Below, one piece after another: positions 1-9,626 of a stretch of DNA of 64,000 nt. Under the pieces are notes generated by a model, which worked only from the letters and a program-made list of their open reading frames with translations, had not been told where the DNA came from and made no database searches. The first letter of the stretch is position 1, and each line of letters opens with the position of its first letter. The translations under genes and the position numbers were made by a program. This DNA comes from an uncultured Solirubrobacterales bacterium (GTDB lineage Bacteria > Actinomycetota > Thermoleophilia > Solirubrobacterales > Solirubrobacteraceae), in contig CAVUPW010000016.1 of assembly GCA_963743345.1 (NCBI GenBank), forward strand, positions 506 to 64,505. Reading direction: 5' to 3'.

Positions 1-1359
1 GGGCGTGGTGGATCAGCCAGTAGGTGAAGCCGGCCACTGGGTTGACCGGGAAGCCGGCTGGCAGTGCATCGCCGGCACGTGCTCGGCGGTAGGCGGCACA
101 GGCTCCCGCCAGCGCCGCGTTGTCGCGCTGCTGAGACACGAACCCGAGCCGAAAGGCCTTTGGGAGCACCGCGAGGGTCGCGTCGCCGTAGGTGAGCGCG
201 ACGAACGGCCGCGCGAACCGTCGGACATCCGGCAGCTCGTCATCGTTCCAGCGCAGCAGCGCAGCGGTTTCGCGTCGGAGTTGGGGAACGAAGCGCGCGT
301 GATCGCTGGCGGTCTGGCGGGGGCGGTCGGCGAGGACCTCGTCGTAGACCTGCCACCGCAGCCCGTCGGGGGTCGAGGTGTCTCGCCCGATCCAACGGCG
401 TCCGAGCAGCGCTTGGAGACCCGCCAGGCGCGCTGGGGCCACACCCCCTCCGCCTGCCCCTTCTTTGCGCGTCGTTTCCGGCTGCTCGGCGCCCTCGCCG
501 TCGGGTTTTCCACAACCGACGGGCTCGCGCGTGTCCTCTATCAGACGGTTCCGGAGCTACGTGACGTCTCTGGTGAGCTGAGACGTTAGTCTCAGCCCCA
601 GGGGCTCTTCCAAATCCCCCAAGCTGCCGTTCGGCGGCCTGCGCTTGGACCTGGTGGACCTGTTGGTCGGCCCGTTGCCGGCGGCGGTGCTCGATGCCGC
701 CGGCCGCTTCTCCGCCTCGCTGAGGCGAGCGTTCTGTCGAATGGCGGATAGATCCCGCTTGCGGCCACGGGCCCGCCTGCGCGCCTCCAGGCGCGGCCAG
801 TGGGCCTCTCGCGCTCGAACCTTGGCCCGCACGTCGTCGGGGATGGCCGGGCATGGGTGAAGGGTGATCTTGATGCGGTAGCGCCGTCCACGTCGGTCGT
901 TCTGGCTCTCGAAGCTGAACAGCCCGGTCGCCGCGAAGTCCCGTAGCCAGCGGTAGATGCTGCTCTGGTGAGTTCGGGCGTATTCGTTCGCCGCGAGGCG
1001 GTAGGCCTGGTGGCGTGTCGAACTCGTGGCGGTGGGGCGGCGCTGGCCAGTTCGGCAAGACCTTGCCGAGCCCGAGGGCGAGCTCGGTGTAGGTCGTCGC
1101 GTAGGTGCCGGTCACCCCGTACCACTGGTGCGCCTTGCGCCACAGCAGACCGAGGAACGCGACGGCGGAGGCCTCGATCCCAGCGTGGAACTCGAGCACG
1201 CAGCCGCGTTCCTGGCGGCGCATGAGAACCCGGCAGAGGATGTCCTCGACGGTCGGCTCCGGTGGCTTGGGCGTGATCTCCCGCAGGCCGCAGCCGACGC
1301 GGTGGGCGCCGTTCAGATCTCGCCGGCCGGGTTGGTGCTGTCTCGGTGACGCCTGTCAC
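1..1359 (-). pseudogene. Frameshifted gene encoding a putative winged-HTH, replication-initiator-like protein (runs toward the window start)
   Basis: Joining minus-strand frames gives ...VEDILCRVLMRRQERGCVLEFHAGIEASAVAFLGLLWRKAHQWYGVTGTYATTYTELALGLG...HQSSIYRWLRDFAATGLFSFES...RYRIKITLHP. The pattern resembles wHTH Rep proteins. Several frame changes are needed, and the boundaries are uncertain. Confidence 0.3.
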
Positions 1360-1487
1360 CGCCAGCGCCGCTGTCCGCGAGGCTCGCGGTGGCAGTCGGC
1401 ACGGGCAGATGAGCGCCGGCAGGGGCGCCCGAAGGCAGCAGGACGTCGGGACGGCGCCTGGGCATCCGTCCGACCGGCTGGTAAGCT

Positions 1488-1594
1488 CCAGCCACTTCGG
1501 GAGTGCGTTTTCGAAGTGGCTGGTGACGCGGCTCCGAGGCCGCTATCGAGGGCCGACCGGCACCGCTGACCAGAGCGCCAACTCCGGTCAGCGG
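1488..1594. repeat. Two adjacent inverted repeats (hairpins)
   Basis: CCAGCCACTTCG (1488-1499) pairs with CGAAGTGGCTGG (1512-1523). CCGCTGACCAGAG (1563-1575) pairs with CTCCGGTCAGCGG (1582-1594), with one mismatch. Confidence 0.6.
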
Positions 1595-1736
1595 ATCAGG
1601 TCGCTGGAGCGGACGGGCTTCTACACCGGCCGCTCCCTCTGATCGGAGGTTTCTCGCGCCTGCACGACACCGCGGGGGTCCGATGAGGACACCGCGAGGT
1701 CCTGCACGCGCGAGCGCACCAGCTGGTCGGCGCCGG

Positions 1737-2046
1737 TCACCATCCGGCTCCTTGGCGTCTGATCTCGCTGCCGCCCCACGCAAGCCAGGCCGCCTTGTCG
1801 AGGCGGTAGCGGTAGACGTCGGGGCGGGTACGGATGGCCAGCCCACGTTCGGCCAGCGAGCGCAGCGCGCGGCTGACACGCTGGCGGCCGAGCTCCCGGC
1901 CGCCGCCGGTCCGCGTCGGCCACCACGTCAGGCGCTGGACCTCGCGGACGGTGAGCGGCTGCGCGCCCCGCGCGACCGCGTCCGCGCAGGACCGTGAGGA
2001 CGATCTTCTCGTCCTCAGGGAGCGCGACGAGAGGGCGGTCGCTCAC
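1737..2046 (-). CDS. Small winged-helix DNA-binding protein (one apparent frameshift near 1985)
   Basis: MSDRPLVALPEDEKIVLTVL joined to ADAVARGAQPLTVREVQRLTWW...ELGRQRVSRALRSLAERGLAIRTRPDVYRYRL, a MarR/TrmB-like wHTH pattern. Stop codon at 1737-1739. Confidence 0.45.
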
Positions 2047-2157
2047 GCGCGAAACCGCCTCGCTGGGAGCGCTTCGCGGCGGTGACCCGGAGCTGGTGGC
2101 CCCACCGTGGCCCCATTTCCTGCCCGGACGGTCCGTGTCGACCCCCTGCCCGCCTCC

Positions 2158-2189
2158 CCGGAAACCCTGGCTATGCAGGGATTTCCCGG
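2158..2189 (-). terminator. Hairpin downstream of tRNA-Ile
   Basis: Imperfect inverted repeat CCGGAAACCCTG-gctatg-CAGGGATTTCCCGG immediately 3' of the tRNA. Confidence 0.5.
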
Positions 2190-2192
2190 AAG

Positions 2193-2266
<74 letters not shown>

Positions 2267-2292
2267 GGCGGGGGCAGATTCTACCCCGGTGT

Positions 2293-2319
2293 CCGCGAGC
2301 GGCGATGGGCCGCTCGCGG
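2293..2319 (-). terminator. Stem-loop after parB
   Basis: 11-bp perfect stem CCGCGAGCGGC-gatgg-GCCGCTCGCGG. Confidence 0.55.
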
Positions 2320-2369
2320 CGCGATCTGCGACCAGGAGGTTGCGAATCTGCGGAATCGCCTAGGTCTGC

Positions 2370-3257
2370 TCAGCCCGCCACCGCGCGGACGCGGAGGCGG
2401 CGGGCGACGTCGAGTGCATCGTCGAGCGACTCGAAGCTGATCTGCACGCGGTAGCCGGCCGCCTTGGCGGGGGCGACATCGACCTCGCGCCCGAGGGCGG
2501 CCCCGAGGGCGTCGCCGATTAGCTCGACGGCGGCGGCCTGGTCGGGGTGGAGAGCCGGATTGGAGCGGGTGCGCCCGCGGCGGGCCGACGGTGCCGCCGC
2601 CTCGCGGGCGCGGGACTCGAGCTCGCGGACCGACCAGCGGTTGCGTGCGGCGTCGCGGGCCATGGCGCGGCGGACGGCGTGGTCCTCGGCGAGCAGCAAG
2701 GCGCGACCGTGGCCCTCGGTGAGAGCGCCGCGTTCGATCAGCTCGAGGGCCTCGTCGGGAAGGTCGAGCAGGCGGATCAGGTTCGAGACGGCGACGCGGC
2801 TGCGACCGACGCGGAGGCCGACCTCCTCGCGGGTCAGCCCGAGCTCCTCGACGAGCGCGGCGCAGGCGCGCGCCTCCTCGACCGGGTTCAGGTCCTCCCG
2901 GGCCATGTTCTCGATCAGCGCCACCTCGAGCGAGGCCGCGTCGTCGTGGCGGCGCACGATGGCGGGTATGGATTCGAGCTCGGCCAGCCGCGAGGCACGC
3001 CAGCGGCGCTCACCGGCGATCAGCTCGTAGCGGCCGCTCGGAAGGGGCCGCACCAGCACGGGCTGGAGCACGCCGCGAGACTTGATCGAGCCGGCCAGAG
3101 CCACGAGCGAATCCTCGTCGAAGTCGCGCCGGGGCTGGTTCGGGCTCGGGTCGATCATGTCGATCGGAAGGGGGCGGAGCTCCTGGAGCTCGTCCCGCGG
3201 CGCCACGGACAGGATGGCGGCCAGGCCGCGGCCCATCCCCTTCGGTCGATCAGCCAC
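2370..3257 (-). CDS. parB: ParB/Spo0J chromosome partitioning protein
   Basis: KGMGRGLAAIL N-terminus, PNQPRRDF, GVLQPVLVR, YELIAGERRWRA, ENMAREDLNPVEEA and an HTH. Overlaps the parA stop. Confidence 0.96.
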   Translation of the reverse strand: MADRPKGMGRGLAAILSVAPRDELQELRPLPIDMIDPSPNQPRRDFDEDSLVALAGSIKSRGVLQPVLVRPLPSGRYELIAGERRWRASRLAELESIPAIVRRHDDAASLEVALIENMAREDLNPVEEARACAALVEELGLTREEVGLRVGRSRVAVSNLIRLLDLPDEALELIERGALTEGHGRALLLAEDHAVRRAMARDAARNRWSVRELESRAREAAAPSARRGRTRSNPALHPDQAAAVELIGDALGAALGREVDVAPAKAAGYRVQISFESLDDALDVARRLRVRAVAG

Positions 3258-4008
3258 GGGCGGCCACCTCCTTCGCGAGCTCGAAATACGCGTCGGCGCC
3301 TGCGCAGTGCGGATCGTGATGGATGACCGGCTTGCCGAAGCTCGGCGCTTCTCCGACGCGGACGTTGCGCGGTATCACTGTGTCGAACACCAGTTCGGGA
3401 AAGTGCCGGCGCACCTCGCGCTCGACGTCCTGGGCCAGGCGGGTGCGTCCGTCGTGCATCGTGAGCAGCATCCCCGCCACAGTAAGCCGTGGATTGAGCT
3501 CGCGTTGTACGAGCGACAGCGTGTCGAGCAGGCCGGCCAGTCCTTCGAGCGCGAAGTACTCGGCCTGGACCGGGACGATCACCCGATCGGCTGCCACCAG
3601 GGCGTTGACGGTGAGCGGCCCGAGCGAGGGCGGACAGTCGAGCAGAGTGAACGCATAGCGTTCGCGTACCTCGGCCAGCGCCATTCGCAGGCGCGTCTCC
3701 GAGCCGGGGATCCGGGGCAGCTCGACGTTTGCCCCGGCCAGGTCGGGACCCGCCGCGACAATCGAGAGGCGCTCGATCCCGGTGGGCCGGACCACATCCT
3801 CGATTCGAGCCGAGCCGCACAGCACGTCGTAGATGGTGTCGGTCTGACCCTTTTCGATACCGAGCCCGATCGTCGCGTTGGCCTGGGGATCGATGTCGAT
3901 GAGCAGCGCCTCGTATCCGGCTTCAGCGATGCAGGCGGCGAGGTTCACCGCGGTTGTCGTCTTGCCGACACCGCCCTTCTGGTTGGCGATCGCGTATACG
4001 GTGCCCAT
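3250..4008 (-). CDS. parA: ParA/Soj ATPase
   Basis: IANQKGGVGKTTT deviant Walker A, DIDPQANAT, DCPPSLG, IPRNVRVGEAPSFG. Confidence 0.97.
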   Translation of the reverse strand: MGTVYAIANQKGGVGKTTTAVNLAACIAEAGYEALLIDIDPQANATIGLGIEKGQTDTIYDVLCGSARIEDVVRPTGIERLSIVAAGPDLAGANVELPRIPGSETRLRMALAEVRERYAFTLLDCPPSLGPLTVNALVAADRVIVPVQAEYFALEGLAGLLDTLSLVQRELNPRLTVAGMLLTMHDGRTRLAQDVEREVRRHFPELVFDTVIPRNVRVGEAPSFGKPVIHHDPHCAGADAYFELAKEVAARG

Positions 4009-4082
4009 GCGGCCCTGACGCTAGCGCCGGGGCCGGTCAGATCCCGGTCGCCGTCGTGCGCGATCGAGCGCGCACCGGACCA

Positions 4083-4838
4083 TCACCGGCCGGCTAGGGG
4101 GCGCTTCACCGCCATACCAGGGCGCCGCGGGAAGCCCGCCGGCGTCTGCATAACCTTCGACATGAGGTGGAGATTCCTGTTCTGCGCCGTCGGATATGGC
4201 TGCACCGGGACAATGTCGAGCGGCTCGAGTCCGACCTCGCCCGCGGCTCGGGCTGCCACGTCCTCCGCCTCCGGATCGCGCCGCCCCCGCCAGGCGACGA
4301 GCGTCCCGCCGAGGACGAGCAGCGGGGCGGAGTATTCGACGACCACCTCGAGCGGCGCCAACGCGCGGGCCGTCACGACGTCAAACGCGGCGAGGCCCGC
4401 TAGCCACGCTTCCGCACGCGCGTGGACGACCCGGACGTTCGCGACCCCGCACGACGCCACCGCCCGCTCCAGGAACGCGCACTTGCGCGCGGCGCTCTCC
4501 ACCAGGACGACATCGGCGTGCGGTAGGGCGATGGCGAGTGGCAGGCCGGGAACGCCGGCGCCGCTCCCGAGGTCGGCCAATGCGCTGGCGGCACGCACCT
4601 GGCCGAGCTCGAGCGCGATCAGCGAGTCGGCCAGGTGGTCGTCGATCACCTTCCGCGGGTCTCGCACTGCAGTGGGCGCCAGCGGGTCATCCATAAGCAG
4701 CCGATGGAGCTCACGCAGGCGTGCCGCCGCATCGGACGACAGCTCGTACCGGTCCGCCAGCGCGGCGAGGGCCGCATCGAGCCGCATCGACCCCGAGCCG
4801 GCCGACCGCGGACGTCCTGATTCGCGGTCCCGCGGCAT
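4083..4838 (-). CDS. rsmG: 16S rRNA m7G527 methyltransferase RsmG (GidB)
   Basis: HLADSL, DLGSGAGVPGLPLAI, VTARALA, PRRPGMAVKRPL; canonical position upstream of parA. The start may be 4838 or 4787. Confidence 0.93.
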   Translation of the reverse strand: MPRDRESGRPRSAGSGSMRLDAALAALADRYELSSDAAARLRELHRLLMDDPLAPTAVRDPRKVIDDHLADSLIALELGQVRAASALADLGSGAGVPGLPLAIALPHADVVLVESAARKCAFLERAVASCGVANVRVVHARAEAWLAGLAAFDVVTARALAPLEVVVEYSAPLLVLGGTLVAWRGRRDPEAEDVAARAAGEVGLEPLDIVPVQPYPTAQNRNLHLMSKVMQTPAGFPRRPGMAVKRPLAGR

Positions 4839-4842
4839 CCAC

Positions 4843-5211
4843 CTAACCGAGGGCCTCCAGGCGGGCGCGCTCACGAGCGATGTACCCGGCGTACCGGGAA
4901 CACATCGCCTCGAACCGCTCCGCCGCATGCCCGTCGATCCCGGAATCGATCTTGCCCTCCAACAGTGGCAGTACATCCCTGACCAACGCCGTGCCGCGCG
5001 CCATCCACTGGTAATACGACCGCCCGCCGTGGTGGTAGGGCCCGTAAAGCCGGGTCTCGGGAAAGCGCTCCATCAGCCACGAGAACAGCGCCTCGTGGCG
5101 AACATGCAGCCGCACCGTGACCTGCGGCTGCTTGCCGTCGCCGCCGAACGACGCCTCGCCGATCATCAGTCCGACCAGCAGGCCGTGCTCGAAGTCCGAC
5201 AGCTCCGTCAT
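4843..5211 (-). CDS. Small single-motif LAGLIDADG endonuclease-like protein (122 aa)
   Basis: MTELSDFEHGLLVGLMIGEASFGGDGKQPQVTVRL...LFSWLMERFP..RLYGPY..GRSYYQWMARG. The N-terminal helix matches the LAGLIDADG (xLxGLxxGEGSF) motif, followed by the typical beta-saddle pattern. Confidence 0.6.
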   Translation of the reverse strand: MTELSDFEHGLLVGLMIGEASFGGDGKQPQVTVRLHVRHEALFSWLMERFPETRLYGPYHHGGRSYYQWMARGTALVRDVLPLLEGKIDSGIDGHAAERFEAMCSRYAGYIARERARLEALG

Positions 5212-5238
5212 GCTGAATGTTCTACAGGCCCCGTCGGT

Positions 5239-5266
5239 TGTTTCACCGCGGAAAGGAACGTGAAAC
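5239..5266. promoter_or_regulatory. Split parS-like palindrome
   Basis: TGTTTCAC-cgcggaaaggaac-GTGAAAC: the two halves of actinobacterial parS (GTTTCACGTGAAAC) separated by 13 nt. Confidence 0.35.
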
Positions 5267-5470
5267 GGGCGAGGTGGGGATGCGCTTAGGGTGCATAGGA
5301 GAATGAGGTGGTGGAATCGGCGAGTGGCTGGGCGTGGCTGACGCCGCCCCCTCGCCACGATCGTACTGGTGGTACATGAGGGCGAGGGGGTGGCGTCAGG
5401 CCCGTCCAGTCGCCGCCAAAACGCCACACAATTCCTCTACTGGCCCCTTTCGCCGAACCCCGACCGCCCG
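5266..5470 (+). ncRNA. ~205-nt rod-like imperfect hairpin (candidate structured RNA or palindromic element)
   Basis: Core arms CTGACGCCGCCCCCTCGCC (5338-5356) and GGCGAGGGGGTGGCGTCAG (5381-5399). Pairing extends outward through bulges to CGGGCG (5266) and CGCCCG (5465-5470). Several mismatches are G-U compatible on the + strand. Confidence 0.4.
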
Positions 5471-5513
5471 GGCGGTGGCGTTGCGCGGACGGAGGGTGAC
5501 TGCCGCCGGTGCC

Positions 5514-5981
5514 TCAGTGCACGAGCGGCGTCACGACGAGCCGCCGCTCGGGCTCCTCGCCCTCGCTGTACGTCTCGACGTCGTGGCGTCCCTTGAGGTG
5601 CTCGTGCACGACCTTGCGCTCGAGGGCGGTCATCGCCTCGAGCCGGACCGGGCGGCGATCGTGGATGGCGGCCTCGGCGGCTTGGTCGCCGGCCGCCCGG
5701 AGCGCCACCGCGCGGCGCTCGCGATAGCCGGCGGCATCGACCACCACCCGCTTGCGGGTCGCGGTGCCGCGACCCGCGACCCGGTAGGCGATGTGCTGTA
5801 TCGCGTCGATCATCTGGCCGTGACGGCCGATCAGTAGGCCAAGGTCGTCGCCCTCGAGCTGGGCTCGGACCTCGTCCGCGTCCTCTTCGACGTGGACGGT
5901 GGCGTCGACACCCACGGCCTCGACGATGCGCTCGAGCAGCTCGTGCACGCGTGAACCGGCGACGTCGATCTCGGTGGCCAT
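5514..5981 (-). CDS. jag: Jag/EloR/KhpB RNA-binding protein (KH + R3H)
   Basis: LGLLIGRHGQMIDAIQ (KH), MTALERKVVH and SEGEEPERRLVV (R3H). Follows yidC. Confidence 0.93.
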   Translation of the reverse strand: MATEIDVAGSRVHELLERIVEAVGVDATVHVEEDADEVRAQLEGDDLGLLIGRHGQMIDAIQHIAYRVAGRGTATRKRVVVDAAGYRERRAVALRAAGDQAAEAAIHDRRPVRLEAMTALERKVVHEHLKGRHDVETYSEGEEPERRLVVTPLVH

Positions 5982-5984
5982 CGA

Positions 5985-7002
5985 CTATCTCCTACGTCCG
6001 GAGCGCTTCTTCTTCTTGCGAGGTGGCGGCGGTGGCGGGCCAGCGGGCTTTCTCGTCCGCGACCCGGCACCGACTCCGGCCGGCTCTGGTTCCGGCTTCA
6101 ACCTGCCGCGCAGCAAACCGCCCAGGCCGCCGCCGGACCCATTCGGGCCGCCGTTGTCGGGCGGCCCGCCGCCGTCCGAGTCGCTGCGACCACCTCCCCC
6201 GGAGGCGCCACCCCCACCGTCGTCGGGTCCGCCGACGGGTGGCGTGGGAGGTCCGATCATCCGCCTCACGGTGTACTGCTGACCCATCGTCCACAGGTTG
6301 GTGGTGATCCAGTAGACCAGCAGGCCCGCCGGGAAATTGATCACGATGACCACGAAGAACAGCGGCAGCACGCAGCATCAGCTGCCGCTGAGTCTTGTCC
6401 ATCATCGGGCTCGACATCATCAGGCTCGAGGCGAGCTGTGAGCCGACATAAAGCAGCAGCAGGACGACCAGCACGACGCCGGTCGCCTTGTCGGTCAGGT
6501 CCGGAATGAACAGGAAGCCGGCGCCGCCGTGAGGGCCGCAGGGCGTCGTGTGCCCAGCCGCCTGCGCGAGCGGGATGTGATGCGCCGCCGCGTACTTGAC
6601 CTGGTAGGCGTGCTGGATGTCGGGGCAGATGTTCTTGCGCAGGTCCTGGCGGAGCATGTAGAAGAGCGAGATGAACACGGGCAACTGGGCGACCAGCGGC
6701 AGGCACGACCCCAGCGGGTTGATCTCGTTCTCCTTGTAGAACTTCATCATCTCCTGCTGCTGGCGCTGCTTGTCGTCCTTGTACTTGGCCTGAATGGCCT
6801 TCATCTGCGGCTGCATCTGCTGCATCTTCTGCATGGAATGGAACTGCTTGACGGTGAGCGGCACGAGAATCGCGCGCATCACGACGGTCAGCAGCACGAT
6901 CGAGAAGCCCCACGAGATCCCCACGTGGTTGTGGAAGAACTTGAGGACCGCCTCGAAGATGTCGATCAGCGGCTGGAAGATGTTGGCGGTGACGACGAAC
7001 AT
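5985..7002 (-). CDS. yidC: Membrane protein insertase YidC (frameshift near 6370, probably a sequencing error)
   Basis: [20 protein letters not shown] and [16 protein letters not shown]; second frame [26 protein letters not shown]. Confidence 0.92.
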
Positions 7003-7004
7003 GG

Positions 7005-7265
7005 TCAGGCGCTGGGAGCCGGAGCCCGGGGCTTGAACAGTCGCTGGTCCTCGAGGGGGTCAAATCCCCCGTGACTCCAGGGGTTGCACCTGAGCAGCCG
7101 CCAGCCGGCCAGGACAAGCCCTTTGAGTATGCCGAATCTTCGTATCGCCTGCGCGGCATATTCCGAGCACGACGGGTAGTACTTGCAGCGCTGCCCGACT
7201 AGGGGCGAGAGTAGGCGCTGGTACAGGCGGATCGGAAGGATCGCCACTGACCGCAGCAGGCTCAT
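7005..7265 (-). CDS. yidD: Membrane protein insertion efficiency factor YidD
   Basis: [36 protein letters not shown]. Confidence 0.95.
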   Translation of the reverse strand: MSLLRSVAILPIRLYQRLLSPLVGQRCKYYPSCSEYAAQAIRRFGILKGLVLAGWRLLRCNPWSHGGFDPLEDQRLFKPRAPAPSA

Positions 7266-7290
7266 AGCCGCCGTCCGAGCGACCGCGCGA

Positions 7291-7758
7291 TCACGATCCC
7301 TCGCCCTCGGGCTCGCCGGCGCTCTCGCCCGCCGGACCGCCGCCGTGCTCGCCCCCAGGATGGCGGGCACCGCCTAGATGAGCCTGCGCGTCTGCCACGC
7401 GTTCGAGCAACTGACCCAGCGCCCGCCGGATCCCGCCGAGACCCTCACGCTCAGCTAGAGCGTTTGCCTCGTGGCGAGCCACCACCACCACGTCGGTCCC
7501 GGCCGGGAGACGGCCGCCTTCCAGGTCGAAAGCCTCACGGAGCAGGCGCTTCACCCGGTTGCGCTGGACAGCGCCGCCGACCTTCCGAGACACCGACAGC
7601 CCCAGCCTGGGCCGCTCGTCCTCGCCGCGCGGGAACACGTACAGCACAAGCTCGCGGCCGGCGTGCGAGCGCCCTTGGCGGAACACGCGATCGAAGTCGG
7701 CGCTACGCGACAGCCGCATCCGCCCGGACCGCGGACGAGCGCCCGGCACGCCCACCAT
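7291..7758 (-). CDS. rnpA: Ribonuclease P protein component
   Basis: [15 protein letters not shown] and [25 protein letters not shown]. The ATG overlaps the rpmH stop (TGATG). Confidence 0.95.
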   Translation of the reverse strand: MVGVPGARPRSGRMRLSRSADFDRVFRQGRSHAGRELVLYVFPRGEDERPRLGLSVSRKVGGAVQRNRVKRLLREAFDLEGGRLPAGTDVVVVARHEANALAEREGLGGIRRALGQLLERVADAQAHLGGARHPGGEHGGGPAGESAGEPEGEGS

Positions 7759-7892
7759 CACACCGTCAGGCGCTTGCGACCCTTGGCGCGCCGGCGCTTG
7801 AGCGTGAGCCGCCCGGCGCGGGTTTGCATGCGGGCGCGAAAGCCGTGCGTACGGGCGCGCTTACGCTTCTTCGGCTGATAGGTGCGTTTCAT
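7758..7892 (-). CDS. rpmH: 50S ribosomal protein L34 (not in the ORF track)
   Basis: Translated by hand: [51 protein letters not shown] -10 element lies at 7924-7929 on the minus strand. Confidence 0.97.
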   Translation of the reverse strand: MKRTYQPKKRKRARTHGFRARMQTRAGRLTLKRRRAKGRKRLTV

Positions 7893-8081
7893 GGCTCACG
7901 ACCCCGGGTCAGGGATTGCAGCCAGTATACGCGCGGCGGATTCCGGCAGATCCGGCTCGCTGTCAGCGGCGGCCAGGACGGCCCGGGAGCGGCCCCATCG
8001 AGCCTGGAACCACGCCACCCCCGCTTTTTCCCGCGCTTTGCGTCAAGGCTCCCGGGAGCCGAAATCACGGCCTCGCGCCGC

Positions 8082-8090
8082 TGGTATATT
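8082..8090 (+). promoter_or_regulatory. Putative extended -10 promoter of dnaA
   Basis: TGgTATATT upstream of the likely TTG start at 8156. Confidence 0.45.
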
Positions 8091-8155
8091 CGCCGCCCTG
8101 GGCGCCGTGGTGGCCCTCCTCGCCAATCGTCTCGTCTCGTCCCGCAAGGGGTTGC

Positions 8156-9512
8156 TTGTCGCTGTCCGCGCACCTCGAGCCCACCGCTACCTGGCGCGAG
8201 CTCCGCGCGGAGCTCCGGCGAACGGTCGGCGAGTCGACCTACGAGATCTGGCTCGAGCCCCTCGAGCTGGTGACCATCCGCGACGGCACGCTCCTTATCG
8301 ACGCGCCGTCGGCCACGCAGTCGTGGCTCTCCAAGCGCTTCGGTCGCGTCCTCGAGAACTGCGCCAGAAAGGTGCTGGGCAACGACATCCAGGTCGAACT
8401 CTCGAGCCACGGTGTCGAGCGGCCAGGCCAGACTTCCGGCCCGCCGGAGGCCCTCAACCTCGACGCGGGCGCCCTCAACCCCCGCTACAGCTTCGAGCAG
8501 TTCATCATCGGCGACGGCAATCGCCTGGCCCACGCCGCGTCACTGGCCGTTGCCGAGCTGCCCGGCCAGGCGTACAACCCGCTATTCCTCCACGCCCCGC
8601 CCGGCCTGGGCAAGACGCATCTCCTGCACGCGATCGGCAACTACGTGCGGGCCTTCGGCGGCGGCGCCCGGGTGCGCTACACGACCGTCGAGTCGTTCAC
8701 CAACCAGTTCATCCACGCGCTCGGCTCGCGCTCGTTGGACCGCTTCAAACGGGCCTACCGGGACGCCGACGTGCTGCTGATCGACGACGTGCAGTTCCTA
8801 GCCAGCAAGGCCAAGACCGAAGAGGAGTTCTTCCACACCTTCAACGCGGTCTACGAGACCGGGCGGCAGCTCGTGCTCACCTGCGACCGCCTACCGCGCC
8901 AGCTCGTATCGGTCGAGGAGCGACTGAGGGACCGCTTCGAATCCGGCCTCGTCGCGGTCATCCGCCCGCCCGACTTCGCCACCCGCGTGGCGATCCTGCG
9001 CAAGCGAGCAAAGCTCGACCACATCGAGATCGAGGACGAGACCGTGCTCGAGTTGATCGCCGAGCGGGTGACCGACAACGTCCGCGCACTCGAGGGAGCG
9101 CTGATCCGAGTGGTCGCCTATCACTCCCTGACCCAGCCTCCCGATCGACGCGCGCCTGGCCGAGACCGTGCTCGACGAGATCCACCCCCGCCAGGAGCGT
9201 GCCCCGCTCTCGATCGCCGAGATTCAGGAGGTGGTGGCCACGCAGTTCGGGGTGACCGTGTCCGACCTCAGGTCCGCCAGCCGAGCCGCAAGGCTCAGCT
9301 GGCCCCGCCACCTCGCCATTCACCTGGCCCGCGAGCTGACCGGCACGTCTCTCCAGGCGATCGGCGAAGCGTTCGGGGGGCGCAACCATGCGACCGTCCT
9401 CCATGCGTGCAAGCGCGTGGAAGAACGTGTAGGCAACGATCAACAGGCTGTTGACGACCTCGACTCCGTCCGCGAATCACTGTCCGGCAGCCGTAACGAC
9501 CGTGCTGGTTGA
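8156..9512 (+). CDS. dnaA: Chromosomal replication initiator DnaA (frameshift near 9140, probably a sequencing error)
   Basis: LNPRYSFEQF, YNPLFLHAPPGLGKTHLL, LLIDDVQFL, EEFFHTFN. Domain IV (SLQAIGEAFGGRNHATVLHA) is in the next frame (9168-9512). Confidence 0.96.
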
Positions 9513-9626
9513 CAGACTTGCCTGTTCTCCTCACACGCCAACTTTCCCGCTCGCTGCGGCCAATCGAGCGGTTTTCCACATCCCGCCCACCCCTATGACT
9601 TCTAAATCCCATCTGAGGTATTCATC
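9513..9626. promoter_or_regulatory. oriC: Probable oriC unwinding region (dnaA-dnaN intergenic)
   Basis: DnaA box TTTTCCACA (9572-9580), then a C-rich tract and trio-like TAT-GAC-TTC-TAA with an AT-richer segment. This layout matches the basal unwinding system. Confidence 0.65.

Noticed and set aside
3082-5289. Long opposite-strand and alternate-frame ORFs (e.g. 3082-5289, 18494-20446, 20486-22555, 46681-48972)
   Set aside because: Shadow ORFs expected in high-GC DNA. They overlap well-supported genes and show no recognisable motifs.
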